From assembly GCA_965238275.1 (NCBI GenBank), contig OZ250186.1, forward strand, positions 1,760,001-1,824,000: DNA of 64,000 nucleotides, given 5' to 3'. Position 1 is the first letter of the stretch, and each line of letters opens with the position of its first letter. Origin of the DNA: Nitrosopumilus sp. (lineage in GTDB: Archaea > Thermoproteota > Nitrososphaeria > Nitrososphaerales > Nitrosopumilaceae). The translations under genes and the position numbers were made by a program. The notes beneath the pieces are model-generated. The model saw only the letters and a program-made list of their open reading frames with translations. It was not told the DNA's origin and did not search any database. Below, piece by piece: positions 19,810 through 29,769 of the stretch.

Positions 19810-21323
19810 TAGTGAAAAGCGAAAGTTCGTGCAATTTTTTGAGATCCTTTTTAAGAAAATAAATCCCAACTACAGGTATGATTGTCAGTAAAATCATCAA
19901 GATAACACAATCTCGGGAACTGTCACGCAAGATCGTGAAATGCTCCCGGGAAACAGACATCATTTACGACATGACAATCATGATGAAACTTGCACACTCA
20001 CGGATCACACAGTTTGATGTCAACAACCTGATAACAGGATGGCGCAGGGAATTCAACCTGACCAACAGCGTCCGCATGCATGAGGCCGCCTCAAAACAGG
20101 CTTTCCAGGCGGCAGTCAAATTCCGCAAGGCAAACCGGCTCAAGCACAACAAGCGCATCTGGCGCAAGAAGCAGATCAAGCTGGGGAAAAAGAAGACGTA
20201 CAAGCACAATCGGTGGACCGAGCCGTCCAGCCTGATGAGGCGCGGCAGGAAAACAACCAGGCTGCGCTCGCTGAATTCACGCGGAAAGCCAAAACTGCGA
20301 GACAGTGGAGCCGTGTTTCTGCCCGGACTCGGGGAAGCAAGGCCACGCACGAAGGCTCCGGAAGGCAGGCTCGTGTCATTCCAGATGATTGACACCACGG
20401 GCAAGGTCACGCGTAAGACCAAGGATGGTGATCGCGAATTCAAACTGCATTTGCAGATAGAAGTCCCAGACCCCGAACCCGCGACAGGCGGTGGTGGTGG
20501 CGGCGGATGCAAGGCAGGGCTAGATCTTGGAGTCAGGCACCTTGCGGCAGTCGCAGACGAGCATGGGAACGAAAAACTGCACAATGTCCCCGGAGGCTGC
20601 AAGAGGCATGACGGCGACAGGATTGATCAGCTGAAATCACTTAGATCAAGATGCCAGGCAGGCTCCAGAAGATGGAAAGAGATCGGCCGCAAGGTAACGC
20701 ATGAATTGAAAAAGATATCAAACAGGCAAAAACACAACGAGGCCGACATTGCCAGGCGGATAACAAAAGGACTGTCCGTATTGTTCTTGGAAGATCTGGA
20801 TTTGACCAAGATGAGGCGATCCTGCGGGGCGGCTTCAAAGACGGGGTTGAACCGCGAGATGGCCTATTCCAGAATGGGCGAGTTCAGGATCCAGCTTGAA
20901 TGGCAGATGAAAAAGAAAGGCGGAATTTCAAGACGCGTGGAACCCGCACATACAAGCCAGAGATGCGCTGCCTGCGGGGTAGTGGACAAGAAATCCAGGA
21001 ACGGCGAATCATTTGTCTGCACCTCATGCGGATGGTGCCACCATGCCGACAAGAACGCGGCAAAAAACATTTTGGATAATGACTGTCTCCATACGGAGGA
21101 GACTGGCGGCCAAGCCCACGGGAATCGTGGAGGCACCATTGCAGGTGTCGAGGTCGTCACAAGGCGCGAGGATCACGGATCGGATGGTTCTGGAATGAAC
21201 AATTCGACAGGTCGGCTTGGATCCGACAACGACGACAATATTGGAAGGTCTGACAGAGCGCCGGAAAGAGCATCAGGACATGCTACAGAGAGATCTGTTT
21301 GCACGAACTTTCGCTCGCCGCTA
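19810..21323 (+). mobile_element. TnpB-only element with terminal inverted repeats and TA target duplication, copy 1
   Basis: Left end TAGTGAAAAGCGAAAGTTCGTGCAA; right end reverse complement TAGCGGCGAGCGAAAGTTCGTGCAA; TA at 19808-9 and 21324-5; boundaries confirmed by second copy. Confidence 0.9.
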
Positions 21324-21389
21324 TACCAAATGTATCCCCCGGGCAGGATTATTTACCGCCCCCAATGCACTGTGATAAAATATGGGTGA
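19878..21389 (+). CDS. tnpB: RNA-guided endonuclease TnpB (reads through the element end)
   Basis: RuvC-I GLDLG, RuvC-II LFLEDL, TSQRCAACG/FVCTSCG zinc ribbon, RuvC-III HADKNAAKNI. Confidence 0.93.
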   Translation: MIVSKIIKITQSRELSRKIVKCSRETDIIYDMTIMMKLAHSRITQFDVNNLITGWRREFNLTNSVRMHEAASKQAFQAAVKFRKANRLKHNKRIWRKKQIKLGKKKTYKHNRWTEPSSLMRRGRKTTRLRSLNSRGKPKLRDSGAVFLPGLGEARPRTKAPEGRLVSFQMIDTTGKVTRKTKDGDREFKLHLQIEVPDPEPATGGGGGGGCKAGLDLGVRHLAAVADEHGNEKLHNVPGGCKRHDGDRIDQLKSLRSRCQAGSRRWKEIGRKVTHELKKISNRQKHNEADIARRITKGLSVLFLEDLDLTKMRRSCGAASKTGLNREMAYSRMGEFRIQLEWQMKKKGGISRRVEPAHTSQRCAACGVVDKKSRNGESFVCTSCGWCHHADKNAAKNILDNDCLHTEETGGQAHGNRGGTIAGVEVVTRREDHGSDGSGMNNSTGRLGSDNDDNIGRSDRAPERASGHATERSVCTNFRSPLYQMYPPGRIIYRPQCTVIKYG

Positions 21390-22189
21390 TGTCTCCAATC
21401 GGAGATCTGGGATGCGTGGAATGGTATACTGGTGTGGAGTTGGTATCTCAGAAATGGCTGGCCTTGGATCGTCATCCTGATGCTGAAAAGTATGGGCCCG
21501 AGATAGTTCGATATTTCACGCCCCATGCCGAAACCCAGCCAATTCTTAATCATACCGTGACGCTGTCTCTGTCAGAACTGCCAATAGTTGGACAGAATGT
21601 GACTGTCACTGCTACCGTGGAATCTGATGAGGCTGCCTCTGAAAGGAACTCGAGGGTAGAGTTTCTGTTTATGGGCGCATTGAACGTCACATCATCACAT
21701 CCCGATGTTAATCCCGGTTCCCATGATGAATATTATCCAGGTACCTACTTTTCTACGCCATCAATTGCCCTGACACCTGGCGGAACACACCAATTCAACA
21801 TGAATGTGGTGCCAACTGCAGAGGCTCTTGCCCTCATATCTGTTCGACTTCCATCATGGGGTTTTGCCGTAAACGATGATCGTATCTACCTCTCAATTGG
21901 AAGTCAAAAATCAGGCTACCAGTTGGACAAGGATTCACATGCACGGGACCCTGATGTCAACTATGTCTGGACTGAAAGGACAATCCCGCAGTGTGTCTAT
22001 TATCCTTGGGATGAAACCGGTCAGACAATACAGCAATATTATGCGGATTTGGGGATCGTCGTTCTGGAAACAAAGTATCCGTCTTATCCATTTGTCGTCT
22101 GTATGGCATGTGGTTGCTATGGTAACTCAGTTTTATTTTTAATACCTGAGTCAGATTATGATCAGGTGCCCAGTCTGGACGAATGGGTG

Positions 22190-22320
22190 AATCCCCAGTC
22201 CGATCATCAGTAATCCTGACTGCCAGAATTCTTTTTGTATTCGTGTCCACCAGAACGCGCATCTTTACAAATCTGCGTCTTGCCTGTCACTTTTGCCTTA
22301 TCCGCCCCCCCCCCTGAATG
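22190..22320 (-). pseudogene. IS5-family transposase remnant
   Basis: RRFVKMRVLVDTNTKRILAVRITDDRTGDSP with upstream stop. Confidence 0.6.
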
Positions 22321-22359
22321 TTCCGCTTAAACTATATACTAAAATATGTACAGCCAGTC

Positions 22360-22860
22360 ATGATACGAATCGGCATAATACTCGTGGTGGGTGCAATGAT
22401 GGCATCCATGGCTGCAGCCATGTACGCATACGTAGAGTACCAGACAAACTACATCGAGGTAAATGCCGGCGACACCATCACCATCGGTCCGGTGGAATAC
22501 GTAGTATTGTTTGACGGAACCCACGAGGGAAGCAAGGCTGTCAGGGCCAACAACACGTTTGTCCAGATCATGATCACTGCAAAAAACACAGGCGATGAGA
22601 GAACGCTCCTTTCAGGGGGGCAGATGTACATCCTAGATGCGGACGGAGAGAGGCACGAGGCGGTCCACGGCGCATTCTCGGCCAAGGATCTGCTCGTGGA
22701 ATGGCTGGAACCGGACAGGGCAGTTGAAAGAACCACGCAGTTTGACATACCGTTCAATGAGGAGGGTAGGTATGATGTCCTCATAAGGCCGCAAAAGGAG
22801 CAGGCGTCATCGGACATTGCAGTGATCTGCATTGCCAACTGCCAGCAGGAAAGACCATAA
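22360..22860 (+). CDS. Membrane-anchored DUF4352-like Ig-fold protein
   Basis: N-terminal TM; ITAKNTG, ILDADGERH, LEP, FDIP pattern. Confidence 0.7.
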   Translation: MIRIGIILVVGAMMASMAAAMYAYVEYQTNYIEVNAGDTITIGPVEYVVLFDGTHEGSKAVRANNTFVQIMITAKNTGDERTLLSGGQMYILDADGERHEAVHGAFSAKDLLVEWLEPDRAVERTTQFDIPFNEEGRYDVLIRPQKEQASSDIAVICIANCQQERP

Positions 22861-23180
22861 AACCAGGATTTACCGCACGGTTGGAAAGTCTGCATCACCT
22901 GTTTCTGACAGGATACTGCAGTATCATTTTACGGCACACGTGATCATCACTACGGCACCCATCCTGACAAACCAGTTTTTGGGTATGGTCCTGTTGCCGG
23001 CCGGATTTTTGCAGAACCGGCGGGCACTTTCATCACATCTTGCACAGGAACTCGTGCCTTGCAGGACACTCCTCTCAGCGGCATCACCAAAAGGCATGCG
23101 GCAAAAACAGGCATTCGGACAGGCAGTACAGGACCACACACTTGACGCCGTCGTCCCTAACTCGAGGCTGTAAATATATG

Positions 23181-23208
23181 ATGTTTCTAAATTCGAATTT
23201 AGAAACAT
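23181..23208. repeat. Perfect 28-bp palindrome, copy 2
   Basis: Identical to 18352-18379; abuts the stop codon of the PPOX gene. Confidence 0.9.
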
Positions 23209-23622
23209 TCAGGATTTAACATCGTTGATCTTTGGCCGCGGCATGACAAATACGCTGGCAGGCCTGATCCTCAGGATGATCCTCTTTTCACCGTCACGCC
23301 TGAACGGGTAACGATCACGGCCCATGTACTTTTGTGCAAGCCTGTCTGCATGCTCATAGTCATAGTCGGGGATAATCCCCACGACAGTGCCACGGACAGT
23401 TGCCATGTCAAGCGGACTGTCCCGGGATACGACAGAGACTGCAACACGGGGATCACGCAGGATGTTTTTGTGCTTTGTTCTTCCCTCCGCCGTATTGACC
23501 AGGATGTGGCTGTCCTCATAGTCGGCCCATACCGGGGAGACCTGCGGGGAACCGTCCTTCATGACAGTTGCAATAAAGACAAGATTTGCCTCCGAGAACA
23601 ACCTTGCCGCCTGCTCATCCAT
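23209..23622 (-). CDS. PPOX-class (F420-dependent) oxidoreductase
   Basis: IATVMKDGSPQVSPVW, KHKNILRDPRVAV; start chosen at MDEQ. Confidence 0.85.
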   Translation of the reverse strand: MDEQAARLFSEANLVFIATVMKDGSPQVSPVWADYEDSHILVNTAEGRTKHKNILRDPRVAVSVVSRDSPLDMATVRGTVVGIIPDYDYEHADRLAQKYMGRDRYPFRRDGEKRIILRIRPASVFVMPRPKINDVKS

Positions 23623-24341
23623 GGAACATGTCACAGCGTCCTGTAAGAAAAATCTTCTGCAGACGGCAGGATTCAAAAGGGCACCATCCGGCCAGGATTC
23701 ACAGCCTGCCGGTACGGGTGATGTCCGGTTTTCATGCACGGTTGTGCCTGCATCGGACTACTGTCAGAATCGTGTCCTGATACTACAAAAGCCGCAGAAC
23801 GTGGCACCCCCAACCATGACGGACATCACGTGCGGGGGCTCTCACCGATGTCGTCTCCACGGCATCAACATGGTATTGGTATGATGTTTGTTGTACGGAC
23901 ATACGTGATACCAGTATGATACAAATGATATTGGTATGATGCTTATAATACTGATATGACATTCAGGGTATAAAGAGGATATTTATCCCACATATGGGAT
24001 AAAAATCATATCTGCATGATTAAGGCAGTATCAATGGCATGGTTATGGCATGAGAGGAATCCGGATGATGCCAGCAGAATGACGGTGATGCCATGACACA
24101 TACCCCCGTACCACGTCATCCAGCGGATGCCATGGCAGCGGTGTGATTCTTTTGAGACAGTGGCAAAAAAATCTCGCCCCGGCAGCCCATGTGCCGAAAG
24201 GCATCAAAAACAGGGGTCAGCGTGCCGTGTGCCGTAAAACAAAATTCGAGTCAGCATGCCTCTGCATGAACAGAACAGGCAGAATTCTGCATGCCCGCCA
24301 GCCTTCAATCAGGAACGTGTAAGGATCATCACAAGGATGGG

Positions 24342-25169
24342 TCAGGGCAGGTGCAGGCCTGTCAGTCTTTCATATGCTGCAGTGTAACGCCGTGTCATCT
24401 TTGCAACAATTTCAGAGGGAATCTCGGGTGCGACAGGCTCTGCTCCTGCGGCACGGGCATCATCAAACTGCTTTTGATAGCCGTTTGCAGTCAGCCAGTC
24501 GCGCAGCAGCTGCTTGTCATATGCCTCCTGTATCCGGCCCACCTCAAACGAGTCCTTTGGCCACAGCCGGTACTCGTCGGGGCCTATCGAGTCCCCAAGG
24601 GTGATGCGGCCGTCAAGAATCCCAAACTCCAGTTTCAGATCAGCCAGTATGAATCCTGCACCATCTGCAATTCGGGCCATCTTCTGATAAATCCCGATTG
24701 AGGTATGCTCAAGGATATCATACTGTTCGGGGCTTACCAGGTTCCTTTGGATTGCGCCCTCCCTGTCAACAGGGACATCATGCTCCGACTTTGTGGTAGG
24801 GTCAAAGACAGGTACCGGCAGTCTTGCTGCAAGTCTGGTGTCTGCACCGTCAGGAAGCCTTGCAGTGCCGCTCTTCCACCTGTTGACCAGGCTGCCATAA
24901 AAGTATCCGCGCACCACGCATTCAATGGGAAGCATGTCCATTTTTTTTACGACAATCTCGGTATCTGACTGGCGTCTTACAAAATGGTTCGGGGTCTCAA
25001 GCCTGTCAAACCAAAACTCTGCAAACCTGCACAGCACCTCCCCCTTCCTTGGAATATCCTGTCGAAACTTTACATCATACGCAGAGACCCTGTCTGAAAA
25101 CCTGAAGAGGAGCGTCCCAGGATCCACCTCATAAATATCCTTTACCTTTCCGCTTGCAAGAAACCTCAA
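24342..25169 (-). CDS. purC: SAICAR synthase
   Basis: [37 protein letters not shown]. Confidence 0.96.
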   Translation of the reverse strand: MRFLASGKVKDIYEVDPGTLLFRFSDRVSAYDVKFRQDIPRKGEVLCRFAEFWFDRLETPNHFVRRQSDTEIVVKKMDMLPIECVVRGYFYGSLVNRWKSGTARLPDGADTRLAARLPVPVFDPTTKSEHDVPVDREGAIQRNLVSPEQYDILEHTSIGIYQKMARIADGAGFILADLKLEFGILDGRITLGDSIGPDEYRLWPKDSFEVGRIQEAYDKQLLRDWLTANGYQKQFDDARAAGAEPVAPEIPSEIVAKMTRRYTAAYERLTGLHLP

Positions 25170-25324
25170 ACACCCATGTTCAGTCAGGGCAGAATTTAAC
25201 TGCTAGTGTCAAAAGTAAACGGGGTGCTGTGCAAATCTTGGATTCAAGATATTTAGTCTGTTGCCAGACTGCCCTAAAGAACGTGCTGAGTACTTTCTCC
25301 ACGTCGCGTACCGGATGTGTTGAT

Positions 25325-25567
25325 TCACCAGCGATTTTTCAGGCTCCGGCGATAGGTGTGTGTGGTATTGCTGCCCCTCACCACGAGGAGCCTGCATACT
25401 TTGCAGTTGGAGCACTCCTCGTAAATCTTGTAGTCGTCGCCACTCAGGGCAAACCAGCCCGGATTGGACTTTTTGCCCACCCTGCACCGCGTCCACGCGT
25501 GATCCTTCTTGGCACAGTCGGGGCAGTCCGGCGTCCATCTGTCCGGCGGCGCATCAGTCATTGGCAT
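25325..25567 (-). CDS. Small Cys-rich hypothetical protein
   Basis: CPDC and CSNC pairs suggest a zinc ribbon. Confidence 0.35.
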   Translation of the reverse strand: MPMTDAPPDRWTPDCPDCAKKDHAWTRCRVGKKSNPGWFALSGDDYKIYEECSNCKVCRLLVVRGSNTTHTYRRSLKNRW

Positions 25568-25688
25568 TTCCCTCCGCAGAACTGGTTTGGACTGAATTTA
25601 GGCTTTTCGGCAGTCGGGCCGTCGCGCCGTGATCACATTTGGGTCATGAGTGTGAATCGTTAAATATTATAGATATCTATATGCATCT

Positions 25689-25925
25689 ATGGAACAGTCA
25701 AGTATTGCAGTTTCTAAAAAATCCAAAGAAGAATGGGAGCAATTTAAAAACCACCCAGGCGAATCCATGGAAACCATGATTAATAGGATTTTAAAATCCA
25801 AAGCTGAGGAAGATGCAGACCTGCTTACAGAAAAAGACATTCTAGAAATCAAGGCATCGATTTTGGAAATTGAAAAAGGCGACTACCAAACTCAATCCCA
25901 AATGAAAAAAAAGTATGGGTTATAA
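25689..25925 (+). CDS. Antitoxin (RHH-like)
   Basis: Small ORF, SIAVSK...GESMETMINRIL, directly upstream of RelE-like toxin. Confidence 0.75.
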   Translation: MEQSSIAVSKKSKEEWEQFKNHPGESMETMINRILKSKAEEDADLLTEKDILEIKASILEIEKGDYQTQSQMKKKYGL

Positions 25926-25927
25926 GT

Positions 25928-26188
25928 TTGGCACGTGGTTGGAGGGTGGTTTATTCCACCCAGGCTCAAAAAGATCTTGATGGCCTCGGAGAAGATCTTG
26001 CCAAAAAAATCATTTTATTGATGGATGAGATTGCTTTAGATCCTTACAGATTACTTGAAAAAATGACAAACTCGCCGTTTTACAAATTTAGAGTGGGAGC
26101 CTATCGGGGAATCGTGAATATCGTCAATGACAAACTGGTTTTACAGGTAGTCAAGACAAGGCATCGCTCACAGGCTTATAAAAAATAA
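25928..26188 (+). CDS. RelE/ParE family toxin
   Basis: WRVVYS..AQKDL, YKFRVGAYR, HRSQAYK. Confidence 0.88.
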   Translation: MARGWRVVYSTQAQKDLDGLGEDLAKKIILLMDEIALDPYRLLEKMTNSPFYKFRVGAYRGIVNIVNDKLVLQVVKTRHRSQAYKK

Positions 26189-26363
26189 TTCTGAATGCCA
26201 GATAACCCAAACGTGATCACGGCGCGGCAGGATGGAATTGTTCATCATATCGCGTCTCAGGCGATTTTTTTGGTGGTACATAAAGGCCGTCTGGGGCGTA
26301 CCTTATTGATCTGTTTGGATTGAAAATTTGCCTGAACGTGTCACATTTGCCTTTGCCGAACTT

Positions 26364-27526
26364 TTACCGCAGCGCCAGCGGCGTGACTGCCGTAAACACC
26401 GGAGACGACGGGTCCGATACGTCAAATATGTGGACTATGTTCTCGTCGTCCATCATGACAAGCGCAAGCGTCGCAGAGTCAGTATGCACTACCCCCACAT
26501 TGCGCACCCCGTAGATGGTCGTGCCTTCCAGTCCGGCGCTAATCAGCCCTCCATCGTCGGGGATGCAGGATCACCAAAATCCACCACATGCACCTTGTCA
26601 GATTCCAGCACCAACGCATGGCTTCCAATCACGGCAACGTCAATTATGCCCGAGGAACTGTAATGCATCTCCATTGCGGCGCCGCAGTTCACTATCATGC
26701 AGAAGTTCGACTGTTCCATGCCTTCAAGCCCGTGCCGCTCATCCATCAGCGCCACCTGTACCGGAAACGACTGATCCGTAATGTCCACCACTGCGACTGT
26801 CCCATGGCCGGCAACAAGCGCAAATACTCCCCGTTCGGACGCCACAGTCTCGATATCGGAAATGTCATTTATTCCTTCAAAACCGTACTGGCCATCTCGG
26901 ATTACCGACACCGGATTCGGGTTGGGAAGATCAGTCACGTCCAACACCTGAATCGCATCAACGCTTGCTATCATCACGTACGTCCGACCGTCGGATACAA
27001 ACTGCTCTACCTCAGAGGCCTCCTCCAGTGCATAAAAGCCATAGGAGGCATCCCGGACATGGTTTACCAGCAGCGGCTCTTCAGGATTTGTCACGTCCAC
27101 TATCTGAATCGTATCCCCCACGGCAAGTAGCGCGTACGTCCCGTCGCGCGCGTGTATCACCTCCAAGTCAGTCACCACAGAGTCGCCTGGATCTCCGGCC
27201 CACCCACTAACGACTGAGACGGCGGTAGGCGCGTACGGCTCAGTCACGTCCACAACGTGCAGGGCGTTGTCTGCCGAATCAACTACAAACAGGTAGTTGT
27301 GCCCATCGACTAACGCAACCTCCAGGTCTGCAGCCTCGCCGGTCTCAAACCCTGGCACGTGCACCAGATCCAGCGGCAGGTGGAGCGACGTGATATCCAT
27401 GATTCGCATCGGCCCGTCTCCCACAACGTTATAGGTGGCATCACCGTCCACAAATATCGTCTCGGCGTATGCCGTAACGGGTGCCATGGCTGCAAACAAC
27501 ATTATGAAAAATACTAAAATATTCAT
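26364..27526 (-). CDS. Secreted LVIVD-like beta-propeller repeat protein, frameshifted near the 3' end
   Basis: Signal peptide; repeated VVDVT.P..P; one extra G in GAGGG at ~26548 continues the frame to TAA at 26364 with another repeat (HIFDVSDPSSP). Confidence 0.75.
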
Positions 27527-28038
27527 TTAACCAATTGCATGATATAGTGTATTTAAATATTTAAGTAAGAATCAAGATAAACAGTCAGTTCGGTACACGA
27601 TAATTGAACAACTTGTACCTAAACGCAGCATCTTACTGTCCAATTATTGTCTGAGTCCCGGCATTAAATGCCAAAGAACGCCGCAGGCACATTGCAGGAT
27701 GCGACAGCTGATCCTGCAATCTTGGACGGGCAGGAACCAAGACCCTGCAGGCGGCAGCAGGGCAGGCACGTTTCAAATGACACTGCAAGCTACTACATGC
27801 AGTGCGCACACCGTTTCACTGTGAGGCTTAAATTGGACAACTCTCAGAATTTGACGGGATCGTAGTCTAGATTGGTAGGATTCTGCGTTCGGGACGCAGA
27901 GATCGTGCGTTCAAATCGCACCGATCCCATCTAAATCATCGTTATGCAGAAACGCGTGCAGGTACAAGTATGAAAAATCATGCAGCAGTATGAAAAACCT
28001 TGACCCATCATGTAAAATAAAACCTCGGGCAACACCAC

Positions 28039-28239
28039 GTGATGCAAGTACGGACAAGAAGCAGCTGGTGGTACCTGCTGCCCATATTTCTTGGAGTGGT
28101 AGGTGGAATCATCGGATACTTTGTCATCCGCCATGACGATCCAAAAAAGGCAAAAAACTGCGTGTACCTGGGAGCCGCCCTGACCGCAGTCCACATAGTG
28201 CTAAACATCGCATCTGCGGCAGCAGGTTTTGTCTTCTGA
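28039..28239 (+). CDS. Small two-TM membrane protein
   Basis: WWYLLPIFLGVVGGIIGYF...DDPKKAKNC. Confidence 0.75.
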   Translation: MMQVRTRSSWWYLLPIFLGVVGGIIGYFVIRHDDPKKAKNCVYLGAALTAVHIVLNIASAAAGFVF

Positions 28240-28417
28240 TTCTCGACCAATCTATGCATGACGCCCCGACCGTTGCATTTTGTGCAAGCCGTTCTTAATG
28301 CAGAACCTGGCTTCTTTGTCTACAGGATACCGCCTGTAGAGTCAGATGATGATGATGATGATGATGCTCGGCCACACAAGGCCCGGCGTGTTCCCCGCAA
28401 CAATTTGGGTGCGGTAC

Positions 28418-28918
28418 CTAGTGTTTGGGATTCTCAAGCACGTTTGTCACGGCCCGGTTCATAATCTCCACCATCAGATACTGGGAGTACTCCTCAGGCT
28501 TCTTTCCCTTTGGCGCATCCGACGATATGTCCAATCCCTGGAGGATCTTTTCAAGCTTTGCAGATGTCTTGCTTATGATTTTGGAGTACTTTGTTTCAAA
28601 GTCGTCTGGCGGCTGAAAGCCCATCAGTCGGACTGATGTGCCATAATACTTTGTGACTGCGCCCCTCTGTTCATCAATCCTTGTAATCTCAATCATTCCT
28701 GACACCTTTAGAACCTCCAGATGATGGCGAATCGTAGTCAGCGCCTTGTTAAAGCCGACTTTTTTGAGCCTTTGGGTAATCTGGTCTGCAGAAAGGCTCT
28801 GCTTGTACAGCATCTCTACGACCTTTGCCCGAATGGGATCCTCGATTGCGCGCGCGTGGGCTGTGCTTGTAGTGACTATGCGGTTTATCTTGATCGGTCT
28901 TTCCAGCAGCGTCGACAT
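28418..28918 (-). CDS. ArsR-like winged-helix transcriptional regulator
   Basis: DPIRAKVVEML, TIRHHLEVLKVSGMI, KYY. Confidence 0.85.
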   Translation of the reverse strand: MSTLLERPIKINRIVTTSTAHARAIEDPIRAKVVEMLYKQSLSADQITQRLKKVGFNKALTTIRHHLEVLKVSGMIEITRIDEQRGAVTKYYGTSVRLMGFQPPDDFETKYSKIISKTSAKLEKILQGLDISSDAPKGKKPEEYSQYLMVEIMNRAVTNVLENPKH

Positions 28919-29068
28919 GCTTGGATTCCTGGTCTGATCTAAAAGATGCCGGTATCATATTTTTTTGTCCAGCAGCATTGTTTTTTTTCCGCTACGGGAT
29001 CCGTCTCATCAGGTACGCCTGCACATGCCTGTTCTGGGAGGCTTTTGCAGGATCATGTCTGGTGGGAA

Positions 29069-29455
29069 TCAGGAGCCCATCATGCCGACCATCTTGGGCA
29101 GTTCACGGTAGGCCTTGCTGACAAAGACATCGTTATCGGCACTTATCATGACAAACTCCATGGAGTTCTCAGGCGGAGGCGAGACTATGACCTTCTGTCC
29201 GGCCCTCAGGGTGCCCAGATCCAGCGTGTCCCCGTCTCCAAAATTGACGCGAATGTTGGTAAGGGGTTCAGAGCCGGTGTTCTGTATCGTTACCCGGCCC
29301 ATCACAAACAGGCTCTGCTTGTCCAGTATCGGATCGACAAATATGTCATGTTTCTGCGTGGCCACAGACAGTTTGAGCACGTCGGCGCCAAACACCACTG
29401 CCATCAGCACAATCACCCCAATCCCCAACCCTACAAGCATGGTGTACTGCTTCAC
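29069..29455 (-). CDS. Conserved membrane-anchored hypothetical protein
   Basis: N-terminal TM, Ig-like VTIQNTGSEPLTNI. Confidence 0.75.
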   Translation of the reverse strand: MKQYTMLVGLGIGVIVLMAVVFGADVLKLSVATQKHDIFVDPILDKQSLFVMGRVTIQNTGSEPLTNIRVNFGDGDTLDLGTLRAGQKVIVSPPPENSMEFVMISADNDVFVSKAYRELPKMVGMMGS

Positions 29456-29769
29456 AGCAATGTTTGTTGCATCTAATAATTAAGGATCACATGACAGCAG
29501 TCATGCAGGGAACAAATTTTGCCATGACGGGTTCGGGCATTTCAAACCTGGTGCGATACCAGACGGCAGTCATCTGGCAGGGCAGAATTGTCGGATAGTT
29601 CTCATGCACCATCCAGAAGCGTTGCTACATACTGCCCTGAAATTCCTTGAAATTTTGTAATTGTTTCGCTTTTTGAAGTGGCCTGCCTAACAGTGGAGCG
29701 GGTGCAGCCTTTCCCTTACCGTGAAATCTTTTTTCCCGTGATGCACCACGCGTGCCGTCGGATGGCGCC

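Larger units (their letters stand above)
19360..22213 (+). pseudogene. Membrane-anchored/secreted repeat protein interrupted by the TnpB element
   Basis: Removing 19810-21325 restores the frame (..WELL|PNVSPGQD..), ~445 aa; N-terminal TM helix, three 23-aa repeats, CMACGC motif near the C-terminus. Confidence 0.8.
25621..26228. mobile_element. Inverted-repeat-bounded AT-rich cassette carrying a TA pair
   Basis: 27-bp inverted repeats (24/27) at 25621-25647 and 26202-26228. Confidence 0.55.

Noticed and set aside
19810-21323. Ordinary IS605/IS1341 or IS607 element
   Set aside because: No tnpA, and the ends show TIRs plus TA duplication, which those families do not make.
23870-23960. Repeated TATTGGTATGATG in an AT-rich stretch as origin or operator
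   Set aside because: Only two 13-bp copies, no ORB-like G-string and no adjacent initiator or clear downstream gene.
28345-28367. (GAT)7 microsatellite and poly-Met/poly-Asp ORFs
   Set aside because: Intergenic between convergent genes; the ORFs look spurious.
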